From positions 1-46,625 of the forward strand of contig RBZT01000765.1 of assembly GCA_003693705.1 (NCBI GenBank): a stretch of 46,625 bases of DNA. The letters are read 5' to 3'. Position 1 is the first letter of the stretch. Every line of letters starts with the position of its first letter. The DNA is from Polymyxa betae A26-41. Its lineage: Eukaryota; Protista; Endomyxa: Phytomyxea. The notes beneath the pieces are model-generated. The model did not search any database. It was not told where the DNA came from and saw only the letters and a program-made list of their open reading frames with translations. Both the position numbers and the translations under genes were made by a program. Below, in pieces: positions 36,801 through 46,625 of the stretch.

Positions 36801-39746
36801 GTCTGAAACTTTCATTTTTATTTTGTTGCATTATTCCCTTTCCAACAAAGCCCTAGCCCTTTCGATATGTTTGTTTCAGCGTTTCGAGTTGTCTCAGTGA
36901 CAGGTTCATCCATATTAACATTTTGATCAGGATGTGGACACTCTGCTTCCATACGATTTCCTGCACCTCTTTTCCTACTCGTTGCGAAAGCAGAATCCGC
37001 TTGTTTCGAAACCCTTCGAAGCGGTCGAGCTGTGTCGTCTTGAAGATGTCCCGGATGTGCCACGTCATAAGCTGGATAATCCTGAATTGAATGCAATGGG
37101 ATTGGCGGCTGTCGTTCGTCCTCCAGGATCCAATAATATCGGCATGGTTGGCTGGTTATGCCAGGTCTATTCGAGCTCAGCCCGCACTACCAGACAAATC
37201 GTGATTATCGCCAACGATATCACCGTCTTGGTCAGCTGTTCCTGTTTGTTATTCTACCCACCACCTAATCGTTCTCCAGCGAGGATCGTTCGGTGTTGTT
37301 GAGAGTGATGCGTTCGCCCGCCTGTCTGAGTATGCACGTCATCGTCATATCCCGAGGTTATACCTCGCTGCAAACTCAGGTGCTCGTCTTGGCCTCGCCG
37401 AAGAGATCGACTCGTTGTTCAAGGTGCCATTTTCCCATATTGTTTTTTGAGTTTTTGTGGCTTTATCTCTTCGCTAAGTTTCGTCCTTCTCTATGTGATC
37501 TACAATGCTGTTCAGGTCGATTGGGTTGATGCCAAAGATCCTTCCAAGGGCTTCAATTTCCTCTACCTCGACGAGAACGACTACCTGAAGCATTCCGATT
37601 CTGTTGCCGCCGAGTCTGTTCAGTCTCCCGACGGATCTGTTCGCTATCGCATCAATGCTGTCATTGGTGGTCAGCGTAGCATCGGAGTTGAGAACCTCGC
37701 AGGATCTGGTCGCATCGCCGGTCTCACTTCTGCCGCTTACGATGACGTTTTCACGCTCTCTTATGTATCAAGCCGGTACATTTCCCGTTAATGACGCTTT
37801 CGACGTCTATCTTATCTATCTTACAGATCTGTTGGTATCGGTGCCTATCTAGTTCGACTTGGGCACCGTGTTATTCAAAAGGCCAGCGATCATGCGTCTC
37901 TCCTTCTAACTGGTCGGAAACTATCTCCATTCATAACCTTTTTGTAACAGCGCGTTTAGGGTACGGTGCTTTGAATCAGCTGTTAGGCAATAAGGTCTAT
38001 ACAAGTAATCGTCAACTCGGTGGCGTTGAGCTTATGTCTGGTATGGGATTGCGTTTGTTTAATTTTTCAGTGAATCTGATCGAATCGTTGTAGAAAACGG
38101 TATCTCGAATCAAGTCGTGACGAACGGTAATGGATCAGATTGTTGTGGGCGTTGGCGTTCTCAATCACGCATTACAGATTTGGAAGGAGTTGAACGCATG
38201 ATCGAATGGTTGGACTTTGTGCCTTTGGATCACGCTCAGAAAGCGCTTGGCCCTGTGAATGACACCCTCAATCGTCCTATGCCGGAATCAATGGACTTCT
38301 TAAACAGTCCTTATGATCCGCTGTTGCTCATTGACGGTGACGAGAACACTTTTGGTATTTTCGACAAAGGCAGCTGGGTAATATTGCTTGTCCTTTTCGT
38401 CCACTTTGTTTCCACCCGTTCAGCTCTAATTGCACTTTCGAATCCCATTCATTTCTAATATTTTATATCGGGCATGCATCTATGGGTTTGATTAGGTTGA
38501 AGTCAATGAGAACTGGGCCAAATCTGTACGATGCGGTCATGCACGACTGTCTGGCCTCAACGTCGGTGTCGTCGCAGTTGAGACTCGTATGCAGACGAAG
38601 GTCATCCCTGCTGATCCGGTATGATGAAACCTAATTTCATGAAATGTTGACGGCTGATTACGGGAATGCAGATCACTCCTGGCTCGAAGAACGAAGTTCG
38701 TGTTCAGCCCGGATGCGTCTTATTCCCTGATAGCGCCTACAAAGTCGCTCAAGCGATCAACGACTTCAATCGTGAAGGACTTCCGACCATCATTCTCGTT
38801 AGACTGTTTCCGATCACTGCATTCGTTGCATGCTGACAAATTTAAGGCGAATTGGCGTGGGTTCTCGGGCGGTCAGCGTGATATGCATGATGAAGTGTTG
38901 AAATTCGGTTCGATGATTGTCGACGCTCTGGTTGACGCCAAGATGCCTGTCATCGTCTACATTCCACCGAATGGCGAGTTACGCGGTGGAGCCTGGGTCG
39001 TGGTCGACCGCAATATCAACCGAAATATGATGGAGATGTACGCGGATCCATCGTCTCGCGGCGGTATCTTGGAGCCCGCCGGCACCGTTGAAGTTAAATA
39101 CCGAGACAAGAAGGTCATTATCACCTTTGCCATTTCGCTTCGATAATCTTTCATTTTCAAAAGGATTTCCTCTTCTGCCTTTTTTTTCTATATTGCTTTT
39201 GACTTAATCGTGTTGCAGCTGGATGCTCTGTCTGCTCGTTTGAATCCCGAAACCTCGGTCGAACGCCGTCAGGACACTCGTTCGACATATCGTCATATCG
39301 CCCAGCATTTCGTGGACTTGCACGACCGCCCTGAACGCATGGCCGCCGTCGGCGTGATCGATGGTGTGTTACCGTATGCGGAATCTCGTCAATTCCTGTA
39401 CTGGCGTTTACGTCGTTTGCTTCTGGAACACGATCTGCTGCGTTGCTGCTCCCGCCAGGCATTGCTTCTCGGTCTCGTTCAAGAGCAAGATCCTGGAGCT
39501 GCTGTTACTGATTTCAACCTGCTTCGGCAATTCATCGCAACGGCTGCTTCGGAAGTTGGCGCTGAGGCTGTTCCATTCCAGGAACATGGACAAGACGAGA
39601 AGGTCGTCTCATGGCTCACTGAGCACCATGAATCATTGCGAACGTCACTGAAGCGTCATGAACGTCAAGTTGCGCTCCGTCATTTATTGAGCGATTTGGA
39701 TCCTCAAGAACTACTTGATTTAAAAGCATCGTTGAAACAACGCTGA
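30888..39746 (+). CDS. ACC: Multidomain (eukaryotic-type) acetyl-CoA carboxylase with an N-terminal signal-peptide-like leader; many short exons
   Basis: BC: [28 protein letters not shown]|GHASENP, IKASAG|[20 protein letters not shown]|[10 protein letters not shown]|[27 protein letters not shown]: EIECMK|M (biotin Lys). CT: [57 protein letters not shown]. Confidence 0.97.
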
Positions 39747-39791
39747 TTACATCTACTCTTTGCGTTTGCCGTTTGATTTACTTTAGAATCC

Positions 39792-39797
39792 AATAAA
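39792..39797 (+). promoter_or_regulatory. Possible polyadenylation signal of ACC
   Basis: AATAAA about 45 nt after the ACC stop codon. Confidence 0.35.
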
Positions 39798-40830
39798 ACG
39801 ATTGAACATTAACAACCCAAAGTTCCAGTTTCCCAATTGAAAGTGCGCAAGGTAGCCGCCTCCTGTCATCTTGTCATTGTAATAACAGAGTAGGTCATTG
39901 TTATAAAGACATTGTTGTCTATTAGTGCCATCATTGAGCAGGCATTTCAGCCCCAAGCGTTATGAGATCACCCGAATGGCTGATCATAATGCATAATGTC
40001 GCCGCCTTCAAACAGTCCCAGCAAAGCTGAAAAGGTCGCTGTTTGCTGTTGGCCGCAGGGACCGCTGGTGATCAAGAATCTGTTCAGTTCCCTTGAACAA
40101 ATACCTTTGCAATCCAAGACACAACTTGATGAAACAGTGTCGTCTGTTTTCAGTCGGGATTCAGAAGTGCTCTGTTCTCGTTACTGGCTGTTGTTACAGC
40201 GGAAACCTGCTATGATGTAACGTGTAGATATTCTTTCACCCAGAAATATTCAAAGAGTCCGTTCAGTCCAGAAAATCAAATTCATTTCCGATTCTGCCAT
40301 CCCAATATGAAAACTCACACCCAAATCACATTTCTGCAGCAGGATCTTCCAGAATTTCAATTGCAGACTCGCCGTCCCGTCCGCCATTAGTAGGGCCGTT
40401 CCAACCACGCCCCATTCCATCATTCGATCACCGTAACGATGCACCAAGACGCCCGCTTCATTCCATATAGGAACATCGCCATACTGCCCCATGGTCTCGG
40501 GAGGTCGCGCGCCCACAATCATTTCCATCAACCAGACCAGCAGGAATGTATCTTTAATCTATGGAAAATGTCCCTGGCCTTATTGATCTGTTAAAGATGT
40601 ACTTCTGGCTTTTGAAAGTGGCCGAAAGGTTTTGTAATTTTCTTTTTTTTTTAAGTTTTTTATTGTTTATTGCAGAATTTTGATCATTTCAAAAAAATGA
40701 AGAAACATAGCCTCTTTCATTAGCTACAAGTGCCCGCCTCCGGAGTCACATTGCTTGGGTTTCTCATAGTCGGGATTGTGGGCATAGTAACGTATTGCCA
40801 TTGATATCTATGCCATGAAATCGGTAACGT

Positions 40831-43800
40831 TTATTCAGGGATGGGTGCAGCCACAGCAGGCGTGAAACGTGAACGAATCGCAGCCATGCGACGGATAACG
40901 CGACTTAAAGACAGCTGACATATGAGATAGATGAAGGCGATCACTAACATGAACACGTTCGTGACACAACGACCAGCAGCACGCGCAGTTGGAGCGGCCG
41001 CTATCAGAGATCTCCGCACACCGATACTGGCCTGAGTACCGACGAACACAACCGCCGTACTCAGCAGGCCCGGAAATCGACAGATCAGGAGTTGGGTGTA
41101 ACGTAACATTGTAGAGGTCAATCGTTCAATGTCACGGAATCCGTCGCGGGCGAGCTCGACCATTATCAGGACGATCCCGATGAATGTCACCGCAATCCGA
41201 CAAATGGCGAACCACAGCGCCTCTAACGCTGCGACGGTCGGGTTATACAGGCCCGGCAACACGAATCGGATCGCATCACCCAGCATAGAGAAGGCGATTC
41301 GGATCACGTTCGCGAGGTTGACCATGACGATGACCATCAGGTTATAGAAGGTGCCGATCGCGTCAGACAGCTGGCGGAATGCGCGCGGCGCCGCCCGGAT
41401 CGCTCTCGGGACGGCATCGGCCACAGCGCACAGGACAAGCCAGATAAGCAGCAGGATCTGGCCCAGACCCTGCACGATACCCGCACATAGTTTCTGGATC
41501 AACGACTCGATTCGGGCCAGTACGACCGGGACGGCATGCAATATGCGGAGAATGACGCGGTACGAGGCCCCGATTCCCAGCACAACATAGGCGGCCAATG
41601 CAGATAGAACGTATGGAATGGACCGTACTGCAGCGAGAATGTAACAGTAGACGGTGGTCAACGACTGGGCGATACGTTTCATGACGCAGCCCACCCATCG
41701 GACAGCACCGATCTCATCCAGACGTCGCCAAACGCCGATCACGGAACCCGCTAGATGGGTAGCGAATGTCACGATCATCGTCCACACTGAGTGCCCGAGC
41801 CGGGCCAGTACGACCGGCAGGGCGCGGCCCGCCTCAGTAACCGTGCGCAATGCAGCTAACGACGCCAGCCAGAGCTGCGTTAGGGCGTACGGCACGGACG
41901 TACAGGCCCAGATCACCAACCGGACCGCATCGACGAAATCGGAACGCAGTTGACAACAGCCAGCGACGACGGCGTCAACCAGGGCGGGTATGACGACGTA
42001 CGTGAGAGTGCGCGCGACGTCCGCAGCCGATTCCTGCAGCAGATGGGCCAGTGCGCAGACGAGGCCGTAGAACGCAGCCGGAGCGGCCAGCACGGCGTCA
42101 CGGAGATGCAGCAAGGCGGCTCGCGTAACGTATAGGCCATTTGACAGCAGACGCCCGAGAGCGTGTACGACGAGCGGCGCCCAGGCTCGGAGCAGATCGG
42201 CGGCGGCGCAAACGTGCATTTTGGCGAACAGAAGTAGGAAGGTCCCGGTAATGAATACAGATGTAACGATATGATGGGCGACGTCCAGCACGTCCGAGAA
42301 CACCAGACGGTAATTGATCTGGATCAGGTAACGTATAGGGGCGGACACAACAGTCCATATGTAACATAGAGTACTGGACAGTGACCGTTTCATAATCGCG
42401 TAACCATAAGTCGTCAAATCAATCATAGACCTGAAAGAGCGCATCACAGATCGACATGACGACTCCCAAAGCATTGGTAACGTTTCCGTAACGTATTGAA
42501 AGCCGCTCACAAGAACCGTGTGAATGAAGAATAAAGTCGTGAACAGTGCCCACTTTACGGACCCGTATGCAAGTGCCGCCGATCGGCACGTCCGCTCCAA
42601 TAACAACGTTAACGTTTCCGTAAGATACGTGGCACCGTTTTCCAACCCCGAACGGAGATAAAGCAGAGCGACCCGAAAGCCCCAGATGATAACGCTACCT
42701 GTCCAGGGTAACGTTTCAGTAACGAAACGTATGACAGCCGAGCGCGTATAACGAAGACCACGCAGCGTCTGATCGATGACAGCCTGGACGTACTCGACCA
42801 CGACACGCTTCAGCCAAGGTAACGTTTCCGTGAGAATGCGACCCGCTCCCGATCGTATCCGATGTATGAGGTGTTGGAGGTGGATCTGGAGCACGGCCAG
42901 CTGGACTCGAAGGCGTTCAGCTGCGCGTTCTGTAGTTGCGATCATTCGCGCCATCTTACGCTGTAGTACGGCCAAAGCCAGCTCGATCTGCGCCACGCGC
43001 TCCGCGAACGCTGTCGGTATTGAAGCCGGCAATATGGAGGAGTCGACGCACTCTTCGACGGGTAACGTTACAGGTACCGAAGCGTCGCTGTTCGGCTCGT
43101 TCTCAGGCTCATCCAAGATGTCCTGCTCAGTGGATCCTGCAGATCCAGCCGATTGCTGGTCGTGCTGGACCACTACGTCGGTGCCGTGTGCAGTACATCC
43201 GCCGATTCGAGCGACATCCGAGTCGGGGTCGGCGACGTCGCTGTCCGGCTCGTTCTCAGGCTCGTCCTGCTCTGTGGATTCCGCAGATCCGATGGATTGT
43301 TGGTCGTGCTGGACCACCTCTTCGGTGCTGCGTGCAGTAAATCCGTTGATTTGAGCGACATCGGAGGCAGGGTCGGCGTCGTCTGTACATGTAGACTGGT
43401 CTTGATTTGCATCATCAGATTTCACGCAACACGGAGAATCGGTCTGAGCGGGTTCGTCGTCTGATGTTTCAGTTGCTGTATCGTTGTGATTCGAAACGAC
43501 ATCAACGATTGCAGGGGTCGGTAGAATGGCGAGGACAGGGTTCGTTTGAGTCGGGTGGATTTGGGGGGATTCTGCTTGCTGAGATCCCTCTGTACAATCG
43601 CTATCACCTGGGCCATCTTTCTCATCAGACTCCGTTTCGCCTTCCTGGAAATCGCCCGTCTGTCGCTCCATACCTGGATTATCATCGAATCAACGATCTG
43701 CAGGTGACGTAATATCAAAATGAGCTACCTTCAGTAGACGATGAGGGATTAACAGAGCCATAAGAACCATCATCCTCATGATCGGTTGCCGCAAATGGTT

Positions 43801-44386
43801 CCGGACCAGTAGGGTCGGTCAGTGTCGGCGCAGCAGGTGCCGCCGATTTGGACGGAGGCGGGGTCGGGTCGTGCTGAATCGATGGCAGTGACGGAGTTTG
43901 ATCGTCCCGGACCGAGTCCGATTCCGTCGGCGATGTCGAGTCATCAACGCCTTCAGAATCCGTTTCCGTCGCGGGCGTCGGGTCGTCCTGTTCTTCATCC
44001 GATCGACTAGGCGGATTCACGTCGGTCTCGATCGAATCCGGGCCAGTACGTCCAGAGGGCGGCGGCGGCGGCACGGCGATGGGTTCCTGATGATTGGGTT
44101 CAACAAGGTGCGGGTCGGCGACGTCTGCAGCATCGTTATCTACGGTGGTAACAACAGCATCCGGGATCGAGTCGTGCTTGCCCTCAGCTGCTGTTACAAC
44201 GGGAGCGTTGACCTACATGCATTACGTTACGCAACTGGATGGGTTTCTGGCAGAGCACGTTACATTGGGCTCGGATTTGATGCACAAGATACAGATGAGG
44301 GTGGTGGCGATGATAACGACGACAGCGGCTACCAATAGGAGGATATGAGGGCGGTTTGGGAGCGGCAGCCGGAATCTTAGATTCAT
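40831..44386 (-). CDS. Uncharacterised ~1149-aa protein: N-terminal TM anchor, acidic/Pro-rich disordered region, coiled coil, long amphipathic helical repeat region
   Basis: Exons 44386-44264, 44212-43729 and 43673-40831 join in frame through GT-AG introns 44213-44263 and 43674-43728 (3450 nt in total). TM segment HILLLVAAVVVIIATTLICILCI; contains the 946-aa ORF of the track. Confidence 0.8.
43094..43383. repeat. In-frame internal tandem duplication (period 144 nt, 48 codons) in the orphan gene
   Basis: DPASDVAQINGFTARSTEEVVQHDQQSIGSAESTEQD vs DPDSDVARIGGCTAHGTDVVVQHDQQSAGSAGSTEQD, each followed by EPENEP. The DNA copies align at 43121 and 43265. Confidence 0.9.
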
Positions 44387-44976
44387 CAGATGCACGACCA
44401 CCTGCAAGACCCGAGTCGTCACGGAGTCCGTGGTCAGCCTGATATTCACAAATTCGCTTCTGATGGGAGGTATATCAAGAATCCTTTTATTCACGGTTTC
44501 GCAGGACATCGATACGTACGATTAGCTCCATCTGCTGGTGCTGGGGGGCTGTATTCCCGCCCACTATACTGAGCTGGCTGGCCGCCTCTTTGTGAATGAA
44601 AGAATTGGGCTCTGAAGAGATCCGAATACAGATTTCATTGCTGACGATGTTGGAACCTTCTCGTGGTTTTGAAGGGCTCCGCCGCTAAAGCTTTTCGAGA
44701 ATTTGAATCCGATAGAGTCAGAAATGATGAAAACGAAGCTCCAACTAAGTAGGCCTGGTCACTTTCGAATTTCGCCCATCAATCGAAGCGGTTGATGAGG
44801 ATACAAGACCGATGAGTTCCATCAGAGAGGGTAACGTAATCGCATTGACCGAGCCGAAAACAAGACGGAATGGGAAGAAGGGTGGCTGCAGCCCACCCTG
44901 CCAGTCATGTTGCGGCCTCCTCCTTGACCGTCTCGATCTTCTCGAACAATCGGCTCTATCATAGTTTAGATCCATC

Positions 44977-45867
44977 ATGAATGGACTCCCACCGCCGCCT
45001 CCATATACCAGCCAGGGCGCCAAGCTCGACCAAGGTCAGCCTGGATTCCATTCGGTCTATCCGCCGGGAAACGTCCCGGCGCCCATCGACCCTGCCGCTC
45101 GCTTTCAACAGCTCTGCGACCGCTACGAAATCCGCGCCGAATTCGCCTCCAAACTACGTCTGCTCAGCGATTTCGAGATCGTGGTAATCGCCGACGATTC
45201 CGGCTCCATGACCAGCATTCAGAAGACCGAGGACCCGTACGGGCCCATTCAGAGCCGCTGGGACGAGCTCAAGCGCTCTCTCTTCCAGATCGTTGATATT
45301 GCTCTGCTATTCGATCAGAATGGCATCGACGTTTACTTTCTGAATCGGACTGCTATCGACCAGCAGGGTCGGCAGAGGACGCTGGTCCTGAGCAACGTCA
45401 CCGAACGAAAGACGATCGAGGATGCGTTCAGTATGCCGCCGTCTGGATTCACGCCTTTATCTCGGACCTTGAAGATGGTCCTGGATGAGAAGCAGGCCGT
45501 TACTAAGGAGAAGAAGCTGTTGCTGTTAATATGCACGGATGGAGAGCCGACCGATGAATCCGGGCGGGTCGATATAGCCGGGTTTCGGCACGTGCTGGCT
45601 CATCGGCAGCCCATCGATAAGATCTTCGTGAATATCATGGCGTGTTCGGATGATCCCGGGACGATGGCGTATCTGGCGAAATTGGATCAGGAGATTAAGA
45701 ACCTGGATGTTATCGACGATTATTTGAGCGAGAAGCGCGAGATCACAAGCAGGAATCCGGGATCGACCTATTCTTATGGCGATCATATAGTTAAGACGCT
45801 GGTCGGGTCTATCGATCCCTCTCTAGATAGGCTCGATGAACGATCTTCTTGCTGTGCGTTACAATAG
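44977..45867 (+). CDS. Intronless VWA-domain protein with N-terminal PPxY and C-terminal CaaX
   Basis: Complete MIDAS: VVIADDSGSM (DxSxS), GFTPL (T), ICTDGEP (D). N-terminus LPPPPPY; C-terminus SSCCALQ*. Confidence 0.9.
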   Translation: MNGLPPPPPYTSQGAKLDQGQPGFHSVYPPGNVPAPIDPAARFQQLCDRYEIRAEFASKLRLLSDFEIVVIADDSGSMTSIQKTEDPYGPIQSRWDELKRSLFQIVDIALLFDQNGIDVYFLNRTAIDQQGRQRTLVLSNVTERKTIEDAFSMPPSGFTPLSRTLKMVLDEKQAVTKEKKLLLLICTDGEPTDESGRVDIAGFRHVLAHRQPIDKIFVNIMACSDDPGTMAYLAKLDQEIKNLDVIDDYLSEKREITSRNPGSTYSYGDHIVKTLVGSIDPSLDRLDERSSCCALQ

Positions 45868-46625
45868 GGCTCGATTATCCAGGCTGATCGTGTGGACTTC
45901 TGGTCCATCTGGGGTTCTGTGGTCAGAATTGGTGCGTCCTGGGCTGGGCACTTGGACTGATATGACCGGGAGATGGTCCAATAAAAACGTCAAGTTCATG
46001 CTGGCTTTGAATCATCGTGATATGTATGAACGATTCGATCCGAGCCAACAACCTTGCATGAAAGTCGTTATTAAATGCTGGAATTGAACATTTCTTGATG
46101 GTCGTGGTCTCTACATTCTTGTCTGTCATTCATCTATTTACATACGATGATTTGGGTTCCAATTGCAGATTCCCGATTGGCTGAGTATTTGTCCTGGAGT
46201 ATTCATGCGCTGTTCCTGATATTGTCATGGGATGGATGATCGGTGGCAGATGTGCGGGCTGCACTTGAAGATTGATATCCGAACAATAAATAGCTGGAGG
46301 CAACAATACCATTACAGATTTGTGCTGATCATGCAGTCCAATGTTACGGCCCTCAACGACGACCCACAGATCATATGGTTTTCAGCAGTGATTCATATAC
46401 AGCTACCCCTACCCCTTTTAGGGTTAGGGATTGGAGAAACTCATACGCAGATTTGTACTCTCTGTCACGCATTTTGTATTTTTTTTCACTGGGGCTTGTC
46501 CAAAGCTGCCTAAAATAAATATACCTTTGGGGCGAATTGAACTCCCGCGTCATTTTTGGTACTTTTTCAGATAGCAACTGAGCTAAAATGGAACTTTGTT
46601 GATTGACAGCGTAGCTCTCAAATAT

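Noticed and set aside
30888-39746. Apparent stops and frameshifts suggesting pseudogenes or a non-standard genetic code
   Set aside because: The breaks I traced are resolved by short spliceosomal introns under the standard code.
39900-40600. ORFs 39996-40220 (+) and 40250-40531 (-)
   Set aside because: No motifs; they lie between convergent 3' ends.

Overview
Eukaryotic, gene-dense region with many short (mostly ~40-150 nt) GT-AG introns. It looks like a compact protist genome; the taxon cannot be fixed from sequence alone, and a plasmodiophorid-like rhizarian is only a guess. Splicing exons by hand gives 11 protein genes: Med12 (-), PRP38 (-), EAF (-), a CCX/NCLX-type cation/Ca2+ exchanger (+), a degenerate RNase III + dsRBD protein resembling mitoribosomal mL44 (-), a large DEVH/RHA-family RNA helicase (-), a COG0523/CobW/ZNG1 GTPase (-), Rab-GDI (-), a multidomain acetyl-CoA carboxylase (+), an unrecognised ~1149-aa membrane-anchored amphipathic-helix repeat protein (-) and an intronless VWA protein with PPxY and CaaX motifs (+). 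Most interesting: (1) the ACC carries a signal-peptide plus transit-peptide-like leader; (2) the adjacent orphan has apolipoprotein/perilipin-like helical periodicity; (3) the helicase has three tandem C2HC zinc-finger-like repeats and probably a SIM-bearing acidic N-terminal extension. There is an assembly gap at 422-603. Exon boundaries are manual and some are approximate.
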